NCBI GenBank assembly: GCA_905178155.1
Contig: CAJINV010000001.1
Span: 2,035,904-2,099,903 of the forward strand
From: Amoebophrya sp. A120
Taxonomy: Eukaryota > Protista > Dinoflagellata
Length of the DNA: 64,000 nt
Direction: 5' to 3'
How positions within the stretch are numbered: the stretch's first letter is position 1; each line of letters opens with the position of its first letter. Both the position numbers and the translations under genes were made by a program. Below, piece by piece: positions 47,501-58,279 of this stretch. The notes beneath the pieces were generated by a model. That model worked only from the letters and a program-made list of their open reading frames with translations. It made no database searches and was not told where the DNA came from.

Positions 47501-50500
47501 GATTGCTCTTCGTGCGCGTGTGCTGGAGCAGCAGGTTCGTCGGAAGACTGAAGGTAATTCACCAAACCTTGGAGGTGCGAAGACTTCGACTGGGTTGTAT
47601 CCCCTTTTCCTTCCCCCACCCCCAAAATTTCGCTGAAACTACGGACCGGCTTCTCTTTCTCATGTAGTGTGGAGTCGGAGGTTTCTTGAAGATGATCTTT
47701 GCCTGTGCCTACAACTTCGTCGTCAAAAAAATTCTTCATGGCGTCAAAAAGGAGCTTTTCGAGAACCGAGCTGCCTGTACAAGTAGTTATTTGTGATGTG
47801 CTGCTCATGCTCTCCCCTCCGTTCTTCTCCTCGCCTGGAACTGGAGAAGTTGTCCCTTCTTCAGCATGCATTTTGGAGGTGCTGACAGTACTACTAAACA
47901 CCTTGTCGACCATTCCCGTGAACTTGCACCTTCCTTGTACTTTCTCTTTTGCGTTTCCATCATCCTCGCCATCATCCCCCAGGAGAACATTTTGCATGAC
48001 CATCCGGAGGCCAGGCATCGCGAGACCAAAAGCTAGTCCCAGTCCAGGCACAACGCTTAGCACGGGCGTCAAAACTCCAAGGATATTCCATGAAAACACG
48101 ACTACATCAACAGGGCCACACGGTCGCGGGTCGAATCCGTAGAGCAGACTGTAAGGCATCTTCTCTAAGATGAGGAACGAGATCTCTTCATTTCGAAAAT
48201 CGTCAGAGTCCGTAAATTGAAACTCGTCCAATTGCGGGGAAAGACAACAAGAGTATTACGGTTGCTTGGTGCACTGATGAGTCGGGCGCAATCCACCAGA
48301 CAATGCGAGTGAGTACGGATCGGGGCGAAAGGAAGCAGTAAAGGGCTGGTAGAGGGGAGAGAGAGTGGCTAGTACAGATGATTTTGATTTATGATTGAAC
48401 ATTTGCCAAGATGCTGATGAAGAAGATCATGCAGAAACTACATTGCAGAGAAGACTTCTACGAGCGCATGAGGTAGCGCTTCTCTTCTACAAGTGCGCGG
48501 CGGCGGTCTCCCAGCGGACCCTGTTGACAAGCCCACAGTGTACTTACATAAGAAAAAATGGAGAGCAGAAAACCCACCAGCAAAGACGCGAAATTGTTTA
48601 CAAGGTCATGAGCCATGCTCGCGACCCTCTTCGCCACACCGTCTGCGCGCATATGCACTGGCACTCCAAAGGCATCTTCTAGATACTGAGCCTGAACCTG
48701 CTGCACGGATACAATGAATACTGAACGAAGAGCGCTGCCGCTGTCTCCAACAAAGAACATATTGAATAAAAAGAAAAAGCAAGAAAGCCAACACGCACCA
48801 ATAGCATCCATAAAAATTCGAACCGATGTAAGTAATGGGGCCAGCGGGCCAGTGCCTATTGGAAAAGCCTTCCCAGACCGAAAAAGACTCCACCACGACG
48901 GATGACGGTGGTCACCGTCACGAGTAGAGGGCGCATGATTACGTGTGCAACTACGTCAAGACTGTATGTAGAGTGGTGCCTTTGCAGTGGGTAAAGTACG
49001 TGCTTCAGGAATTTCGGCGACTTTCTCACAAGTGCAAGAAGACCAAGTGCTGCTACTTTGACACATTCTATCACCTTCCTCACAAAGAATGATGTTGACG
49101 CCCCAGCCTTTTTGCCGTCGTTGGCTTCATCTACGTGACGACCTTGTTGCACCAGTGTACTTGTTTGCACCATCGAGGACAGGGCAAGGGGAGGACCATT
49201 CGCTGTACTGGTGCTTGAGTCGTCGTGTTTCGGTAGTAAGAAATACGCACCTCGGCGACTGCTGTCATTGTCATTACGCGAATTTCTCGTCCAATCCAGC
49301 AGGTGGGAACCAGACGCGTTTTCGTTTTGGTCCGTCGATTCCAGAAAGCTGACATCTTGTTCGTGGTGTTCATGCGGCCCTGTCAAGAAGTTGGCTTTCA
49401 ATAGCATTTTTTACTTAAATTAATTTCGCCACTTCTCATCTCGTTTATCCGTCTCTCGGAAATCAGAAGCAGAAGCACGGCGAGCAGCAGTAATATTTAA
49501 ATGACGAATTATAGGATTAGCATTAGGCAAGTAGTTACGGCTAGTACAACCGCAACGGCAATGTCCGCACACGAATTGCCCTGATAAGCCCTCTGGGTCT
49601 AACAGAGAGAGCGCCTGAGCAATTGCCGGATACAGCACTTGAAATCGACCTTTTTTGTTTTTTGCGCTGGCCGAAGCCCAGGAGGCCGATGTAATTCTAA
49701 AAGAGAGACATTAGGAAAATTACAGACCAAATGCGCAGCAAAAGAATCCGCGAGAACATAAATTGATAGAGGAGACATGGAGAAGTGAAGGCAGCTGTAT
49801 GTCGGGGGCGAGGATGTGTCTAAAGCACTGCCAGTGCCACTTCAATTTCCATTGTGCGAGCATAAAAAAATGAAAACTTAAAAGAGTAGCGAGCTCATGA
49901 CGTCGTGTGTAACGATCTTTTACCTGGAGCTGTCGGCTGTCCGGACGAATCGCCGCCTGGTGTGGCCGGGTTGATCTTGCCTTCGTCTTCTTGTACTTCT
50001 CGTTCTGCTTTTTCGCTCTTCACTACATTTTCTTCTAGGTCTCGGACAAGGCTCACGGACACCGCTGTTTCGCTCACGGGTTCAGGTTCGGTTTCGGGCT
50101 GATTGTCGTTGTGAGTTGTAAACGTGAAGTCTTCGGACGGCTCTAGCTCTGCAAGCTTCGGCTTCGTCACCATCTTATTGACCGTTGCAGTGACTTTTGC
50201 GAGCGGATCGCCCACCATGGCTGCCAAATTTTTCATCAGACCGAAAGGCCCGGCGATAAATTGCGTCAGTGTCGTATGCGAAAACACGTGTTTGAAAGAC
50301 TCGACACGGAGCTCGTGTACCACATGCGGAATGATGTTCTGAAACACAGTCGCAAATTGGTTTTCCACAAGCTTTTGAACTTTCTTGTCTGACCCCACAC
50401 CAAGCAAAACGGTATCGAGAACCGCCGGAAGCACGACCGCTGCGACTTCTCCCATAGCCATGTTTACGCTGAGCGCCGCACGGACCGAATCTCCGACAAG

Positions 50501-53500
50501 ATCCCTAATCCAAAACAGGGCGGTGGGGTAAAACAGCATCGAGAACAAGTTAACCGTTCCATCCGTAATCTTTTTTCGGATCATGGCAATGCTGCTTTTG
50601 AACGTCGTCCGCATATGCAAGACAAAAAACCCTGCACCAAAACCAATGATCGCCCCAGACATTACACCTTGGTCATCTTTTCGCCAACCATGCTCACATG
50701 CTTCAAACTGCTTGCACACACATAGAGATGATGCGGGCAGCATTGCACACCTCCACGGTGAATCGACGAGCGAACAAGCTCTGCAGCAACCTCGCGAGAC
50801 TTTCCCTTGATATCATTAAAAAGCGCAGCCCTGTTGAGTGCCTAAATGGCATGAGAAGCAATAAAAAGGGGATCTGTCTACAAATAGCTGTGTAGATGCC
50901 TTGCCGTAATGCATACATACCATTAACGTTACTGCATTTATGAGCGGAAAATGATCTTCCTGAAGCAAGAAAGAGACGTAGACACGAAGATGCAAGTTTC
51001 TTTCAAATATCTTGACGATAACGAAAGTTGCGGGGTGGTTCTTCAAAATGACAAGGCGAAACCAGACAGAGCGACCCGGGGCGAAAAGTTGGCTGTTGCT
51101 GTTTTGGTCCTTTCCATAAAACATCTTGCGCCTGAAGTCTCGCAGAACGTTCAACCCGCTGCGAATGACTACAATTCCTTCCTTTGCAATTTTACTCGCG
51201 GCGTGCTTCACGCTACCGGCGATGTTTCCCATTCCCTCTACTGCTCCTGCCACAGCGTGCTTCGCGATTTTCTTCACTCCCGTCAGGAGACCTCTATTTG
51301 AAAAATGGGGAAGGAAATGCCGCTCCTTCCCCTTTATTTCATCTGAAATTTTCATCGCTTTCGATCTCTTCAACTTCTGTGCCAGTGCTGCTCGCTCCGC
51401 CGATTCGCCCCCTGGGCCGCCGTCTACGAAAGCTACGTCGGTAACTTGAAGCTCTCCATCATGCTCGCTGCGGATAACTTCAAGTACCATATCCTCAGCA
51501 TCGTCACCAAGGTTTTGGTTTCTGAGCTTCTCCTCGAACGCGTCATGATGCTCCTGTTTATCGAATTCGTCGCTGTGGGCGTCGTCCGGAGGTTCAGCTT
51601 GCGGCTCGTGGTGCAGCTCGAACATATCTTTGAGAAAAGAAAAAGTCTCACTCTCGCGAAAAAGGTCCTTTGCCTTGTCTTCCACACCGTGGACAAATTC
51701 ATCCGCAGCGTCTTTCACTTCCGCTGCGATTTTTTTGGGCAGTTCTGTAGCTAGTAAGCTGAAAATCACCGGGAGCGTATGCTGGATGACCGTGCTGAGC
51801 AGAGCCTTTTGTATTTCTTGAAATTTTGCTTTCAAAGTATCCTTGAATTTCTTCTCCAGGAGTTCGTTCAGCAGCTTCATAAACAGCGGCATGTAACAGT
51901 GCACAACCCGCCCCTCGTCCCCCTCGTTTGTCATGCGAAATCGCAAGTAATCCAGTCGCTGCGCTGTCTTGTAGCAGTGTTTGCATGAAAAATTCAGGAA
52001 GCGGAAGCCCAAACAGCACTATACTAGGTAATTTGTTATGCGTAGGCTCCACGTGTGTTGGTGTTTGTATTGCTGTTCATGCTATACAAATGAGGTGGGG
52101 GAGCTGGAGTTGTGCACTCTCATACGGCACCAAAACCGTTGACAAACCAGGTACCAGGTTGACCGCACTGTCGACGGCGGACGCCATCAGCTCACTGAAA
52201 TAATTGAACATGTCCGTCTTTGTGAGCTCCAAAAAGTTTTCGACCTTCTGCTTTTGACCTTCTAGGTCGAGGAGCTCGCCCAAGGTTTTGCTGATCAAGC
52301 TGGCCGCGGGTTTGTGCACATCCTCCAAACGAAATCGTAGAGAAAGCGACCTGCTAGTAGCGCGGCGAGGCCTTTTTCAGCAAACAAGGATTCTAAAAAT
52401 GACCAAATAAACGCGCTGTGCCTGTGTACTTCTGCATTGATGGCGTGGCTATGTCGCCTGCTTCATCACTTCTTCATTTGTCTTTGCTTTCCAATTAGTT
52501 CGAAAGTAGAAGGCGGCTTGTCTTCTTGATGTCGTCGAGGTCATCACTTTCATGACAGGTTGGTATGCCCATGTAATGTTGAAGAACTAGGACTGGTACA
52601 CAAAATACGAGTGTCCAGGTCGTCCACCTTGATGTTGGCACGCACAAAAACTCATGAAAAATCTGACTCAGCGTCTCATGAAGACCTCATTGTACATTTA
52701 CATGCTACGAGTACTAGCAGGTAGGGTTTTGTACGATACAATTTCTGCCCAAAAAGTCGCAAAGCCCCCCTCGATGTTGTGAAGCATCCCCGACAGTGTG
52801 CCGACGACGTCGCCTTCTTTTTTTGTATTTCTGATATCACTAATATGAAGCAGAAGCACGCACCCCTCTCCCATGATTTCCGAATTTGCGTAGATCTAGC
52901 TCAATGCGCAGCCGTGGTAAAATACGTAGCTCTAGCTCGTGTGTATATGCATTTACCATAACGGGTGAAACGAAGAGAGTTTGTTTCGATAGTTATGGTG
53001 AAGATATTTTTATCTCACCTCAAATAGCTGCAAGCGGGTAGTAGAAGAAGCTGCACCCGGTGATGTAGCTTGTTTGATGTAGCTAAATAAGGTACCTCCA
53101 CGGATGAGCTACATCTACGGTCGAGCGCAGAAATCGATAGGGGTGCTCAGGTGTTGCGCGTGATACAGGAACGAAGCTGGCAAGTAACTATCGACTTGGA
53201 AATTTGTCTTCACTCCCCCCCGAGACAAGAAGCGAGTGCAACACGTCCTTTTTTCTAGCGACACAGGATAGTGTCTGAACAATATGAATATTCTTTTTGG
53301 ATTAGTGTCTGCTCAATATGCAAGAACGCGGATATGCACGCACAGAGTGGTGCGCTAGAAGAACCGCAGATTCTGTACCGCGGATTCCGTCTTTTGTGAA
53401 TGGGAGCGGGGAGCTTGAAAAACACGCTCCTTGTTGTACTACAAGGCCTATAAATCAATGTTCATGTTGCACAGTGCTTTCACTTCCTGCCGACGAACGG

Positions 53501-55596
53501 TGAGGACACCTTTCACGAATGATACGCGTGACCCAGAGCCGAGTGGAACTGGGGCAGGGGGCGTGTGAAGTATGCAGGAATAAAAAATGAGTTGTATCGC
53601 GTACGGCTAGTTGTACGGGTACCTACTTACACGTTATGAAATTACGCACCACAAGCTTCAGATTCAGTACTTACGGCCCCATGTCCATGTGATAATATGC
53701 CTATGCGTGAGTACAACGTCCCCATTGAGAAGTACAAGACCACCTGCAGCAGGCGTGTTCGTCGCCTTCGCCTTGCCTTACCATCATTAACTCAGCAGAG
53801 CAGTAGCACTACCAAGAATACCATGGGGACGAGCCGTGTCAGGCTCAAGGAGCTCAAAAGTAGCCAAACAGCAAACGCGAAGCTCCTGATTCGAATCTTC
53901 CACTACAGTAGGCCATACTATGGCCGTGACCATAGATCATGCTCATATATACATCATACGTACGTGTAGCGCTACATCGATACAACGTTCACGCAGGATA
54001 GAGGTACCGCAATGGGTGCGAGGTTCCACGAATTATGGGCACCTTGATGACGGTGAAGTACTACTTTATTTTCATCGTGTACCATCGATGCTCCTTCGTC
54101 GCCACCAAAATCATGATGGGCTGCATTCTTGCCGTTCAATGATACACTGGCAGCGGAACCGTCATCTTCCCCGTCGGCCAGCCCAGTCTGCACAGCAGTA
54201 GTAACTCCACCGTGTCCGTCTTGAGAGCCTGAGGAGGCAAGTGCGTCCGCTCCTTGCGATGCAAATTCATCAGTTTGGGAGAGCTGTGGTTGGTCTTGCT
54301 CATCTCGTTGCAAGAATCCAGTGGTGCTCGTTCGTCCCCCACCTGCTCTGGTCAACATGGTAGTATCCCCAAGTAGATGACTAGTGGTCGCAGGATTGAT
54401 CTCGGCGCCGCTTTTCTGCCGCGGTGGTTTAATACCTCCTCCTTGAAAATAGTCGGCTCGCAGTGTTTCCAGAAACGAAGAGAAGGCGGTGAGCCAGCTG
54501 TGCGGAGGCCGTGCGTCCCGCCGGGAGGGTTCAGAGGACGGATTTGAGATAGAAGAGTAATTATGCATTGCAAAACCGCACGCGCATGCGCACGCATGAT
54601 CATGAACACCTTCAAATGGAAATCAATGAATATTACCTATGTGAAGATGATATTAACCATCAACAACAAAATGGGGATGAAAATGAGTAAGCTTCTGCCT
54701 ACTCATGCTGATGGTGCTTTCTCAAATCATTTTGATTTTGATTGTGTTTAAGTAGTAATTGCATGCATAGATAATCAACGCGCTCTCGTGCGACAAGCTT
54801 GCTGTTCAGGTGGATAGTCGAGCGACAGTTCTTCATCTCGATCAACCGCCAGCAGCTGCTGCCGGGCGACTGCCCCGCGAAGGTTTGCCCGCTTCATTTT
54901 TTTTGGTCGCTGATTGATTGCACGGTGCAGGTCCCCCTCATCCACGCTGCCCGACTGCTCAGAGGACACGCGATCAACATTTGTGGACAAAGTAGAGGAA
55001 GCGCTGCTCGAAGTAGAACTGACCACGGGCGAGGAGGTGCTCTCTGCACCAGCGTCGGGGGACGAGTGGTCGACGTTCAGGTCCTCTACCGCGTCTTGGG
55101 ACACTTCTACGGCGAAAGCGGTAATGTGCCGGTCCGCCAGGAGTGTAGGAGACAGGACGAGGAGTAGGAGCGAAATGAACAACCAGTGGATGAATTGTTG
55201 CTGCAGCGCCGTCGGTCGGCGCCGGGTTTTATTGACGTCGGCAGGATCATGATGCAGAAGATGATCTTCTGGTAGTTCATCATGTTCTTGCTGAAAGAAC
55301 GGCCCACTCGATCCGAATACTAGGTAAGAACCTTCTGCAGCAAGCAGCTGTGTTTCTTGCTCCACAACTCCGCGATGTGGAACGAAAAATCTTTCGCTTT
55401 CCTTAAAGCAGGCACGGAAGGCTCCTGCTCCTGGTGTTGTTTCACTTGCGCCTTTGATTTCAGCGTGCGTGTTCTTCTGCGCGATCTGGTTAGGCACGTG
55501 GCCGCCGCGCTGCTGGACCGGGTCGTAGACCGCAGCGAGGGGGGCGATCTGTTGAACCTGCTGTCCCCCCGCTCGTCTCGCGGAGAAAACCGGCAT
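44505..55596 (-). CDS. Large multi-exon protein of unknown function, tandem paralogue C
   Basis: ORFs 54775-55596, 53972-54568, 52077-52328, 50816-52012, 49895-50743, 48856-49407, 46627-48231, 46057-46371, 45263-45637 and 44505-45020 are collinear with copies A and B. The exon near 53510-53565 meets a stop unless spliced, so integrity is not certain. Confidence 0.7.
45692..46081. mobile_element. Degraded introner-like intron with an internal 18-bp tandem repeat
   Basis: TA...TA ends interrupt ISRLL|xAALLLVPG, which is uninterrupted in copies A and B; TIR and DR are weak; ctgggcaggaggcacatg x3 at ~45945-45990. Confidence 0.5.
51892..52124. mobile_element. Introner, family tatgagagtgcacaa
   Basis: TIR agtgcacaac / gttgtgcact; perfect DR cggca; removal restores VLVP|LFMKLL. 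Confidence 0.85.
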
Positions 55597-57372
55597 GGCG
55601 AGAACTTACACAAGTAGAAGTACAAGAAACAAAATTATATATGGAAATAAAATTTCAAAAAATGCAAAACAAAAAGACGCACGCAGGCGCAAGGGAAAAA
55701 AAAGACAAACGGCTCGATGTAATTTGTGAAGAGCAGCTTTGAAGCGACCTAGTGTACAAAAAAATGAAAACCAAAATTGAAAAAACGCAAAAATTTAAAA
55801 ACCAAAACGATGAATGTGCATGTGGAGGATATGTGCATAAAAAATATTCGCGCTCGACTTTTGAAATATCTACTTACGTCAATGTGGAGCCATTAAAGAA
55901 AGCAAGGGGTTTCACATCTTGGCACGAAGCCTTTTTTTTGCGCATACGCAAATCTACGGCAGAAGGCGACGCTGATGCGAAATCATGACAACTAATGTTT
56001 TGTTTTTTTCTTGCGCACAAAAAAAGAGAAGAAATGACGATGGCACACAACGATAAATAAGGGCGAGGCGACCGACGATTGCGATTCACGCAGGAAGCAC
56101 TATCAAATAACCGAAGCAAAAATGCGGCATACAAAAGGCTGCACTACGAACCGAAGTGAAGTTTGTTACGCATCGGAAAGAAACGTAGAGTAGCATGCGT
56201 GGACATTACAGGCCGTCAACGAAGCCGACCGTTGTAGCACGAAACCGACCGTGGAGTTCGTTGTGACGAGCACGACCGAAACACGCTTCGTAATCTAAGT
56301 GACGCATCCAGAGCATGAACGCAGTTGACGAAAACCGAATCGGAAATCCGCGGCAAGCGCTGCAAGAAGTGGCTTGCATTGGACCAACGACTTTCTCTAT
56401 TCAGCTCACGAAGTAGTCCAAGAACAAAACAGATTCTACCGAAGCATTCGTTCTCTTTTCTTTTTCATACCGAAAGATGAAAGGGAAAGATTGAAGATGC
56501 CACGATCTCCACGTCATCTTGCTTCAAAACCAGCGAAGAGAATGACTGACTCACGAACAGGATGAACACATAGCGGCAGCACTGAAAAATGTAGTCAAGC
56601 GGAGGATGTGAGCCTGTCTGTGCGTTCGGAATGTTGTATTCCAAGTCCGGAAAGGTGCCGTAGTTGAAGATCACGGTAGGAGGTTCATTATTCCCTACTA
56701 GATTTTCCGAGTCTCGATTGATTTTCTTTCGACGTCGGTGGTCCTATGGCATTCTATTTTTCATCACCGCTCGCATCGTCCAATTTTCTAGCACAGTCGC
56801 AAAATAATGTCCATTACACACTCCGTAATTGGAATTCATCGTAATGAATGGAATTGTTCACGATCAGTCATATGCCGTAGTGCGAAACGGAAACCACATC
56901 GAACCCCTGGTAAACACGAACTTCTGCATTTCGGACGATGGATAGTACGTATTTCATGTCAACGAAACGTATCCACCCTTCGTCGCACGGTGCCGCCGAG
57001 CGTGTCCCTTGTCTTGCTTCTAGAGCTTCGGTCCCGGTGGCGGAAACAAATCGCTCGTGTAGATCGCTGGAAAGGTGTCGTGTGGGAAAACTGGTGTACT
57101 TTTTCGCATTCACCCTCTACTTGTCCATTCAATCATGGCTGCATGCTCTACAAGTTGTCCGGATCTAATATCTACGGTTGTTGAATGACGATCATGGTCT
57201 TGTCTTGATGCTAACAACAACTAGTCACTTTGCTAGGGGTGGCCGTGCTACTGCAGGTTTGCATCTCAGCCGACCACCTCAGCATGTTTTCTTCTAATGC
57301 ATGCAATGATCGAGAGCGAAGGTGTCCCAACCACGACATATAGTGTCGCTTTAGAGCAAAAAAAAAGACAAG

Positions 57373-58059
57373 TCATGGGCAAACGGCGAACGAAGCATTT
57401 TGTTGCCACCAACGATACGCTTGCACACCAGTAAAGTCCAGGAGTTTGACGAAGTGGCGCCACCCAAAGGGCTCTCCGCGGTCGGCAAAGAGGCCGTGCT
57501 TTCGCAAGGGCAAATCCGGGCGGTAAAAATTATGTTCCTGCTCCGTGCTGCTGGGGCCACCGATGCTAGTACCGCAGAAAGACGGGAAAACTTCCAACGA
57601 TCCACAGCTCGTCGCAGTGGTAGAACTTGGCACTTCTGCTGGGGGCAACAAATTGCCGACAGTCGAGGTTTTCACCTTGTCACGCAGCGAACTCTTGCTC
57701 TGGCGCCTCGCGACAGAGGCTGTAGTTGAGGACGACTGGGTTTGCAGATACAAGGGGAGGACCACGTCGCTCTCCTCAATCATGTCGTCGATCTCTGGGA
57801 TAGCCCGCTGCGGGTCGGATGAACGCGCTTCACTCATTCTTCCCACCGTCGCCCCCCCTCCTTCTACCGCTGGTAGTGCTCCTTCTTGTGCACTACCATG
57901 GGGGGAAGATGTTGGAAAGAAACTACCGGATGCCTTGTTAAAAGCCGGCTCATGTTGTGCGTCCACAGCATTCTGCTGGTCGAGATTCACGAGCAGGACG
58001 CTTACGTCCATCGGGCTATCACCTCTTCTTGGAGAAAGAAGAATCCACGGAAAAATCAC
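57373..58059 (-). CDS. Possible low-complexity exon (kinase C-terminal extension or separate gene)
   Basis: 228-codon open frame directly downstream of and co-oriented with the kinase; no recognisable domain. Confidence 0.3.
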   Translation of the reverse strand: MIFPWILLSPRRGDSPMDVSVLLVNLDQQNAVDAQHEPAFNKASGSFFPTSSPHGSAQEGALPAVEGGGATVGRMSEARSSDPQRAIPEIDDMIEESDVVLPLYLQTQSSSTTASVARRQSKSSLRDKVKTSTVGNLLPPAEVPSSTTATSCGSLEVFPSFCGTSIGGPSSTEQEHNFYRPDLPLRKHGLFADRGEPFGWRHFVKLLDFTGVQAYRWWQQNASFAVCP

Positions 58060-58279
58060 ATTCTTCGTACTAACTTACTTGTTCCGGCGTCTGGCAGACA
58101 TGATAGGTTGGAAGCTCTTCTTCTTCACGTGCACGGGACCACGTCGTTGACACTAGAAGTAGAACAAGAAGAACGTAGCACGACTACAAAAAAAGCACGA
58201 GTGCAACAAAATACAACGCAGCCACGACCACATCTTCCTTCTTTTTCCTTCAATATTGCCTGTTCGACGTCAAAAAGTT

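Noticed and set aside
48274-48330. ctgatgag...cgaaa hammerhead-like core
   Set aside because: Stems I-III could not be formed convincingly by eye.
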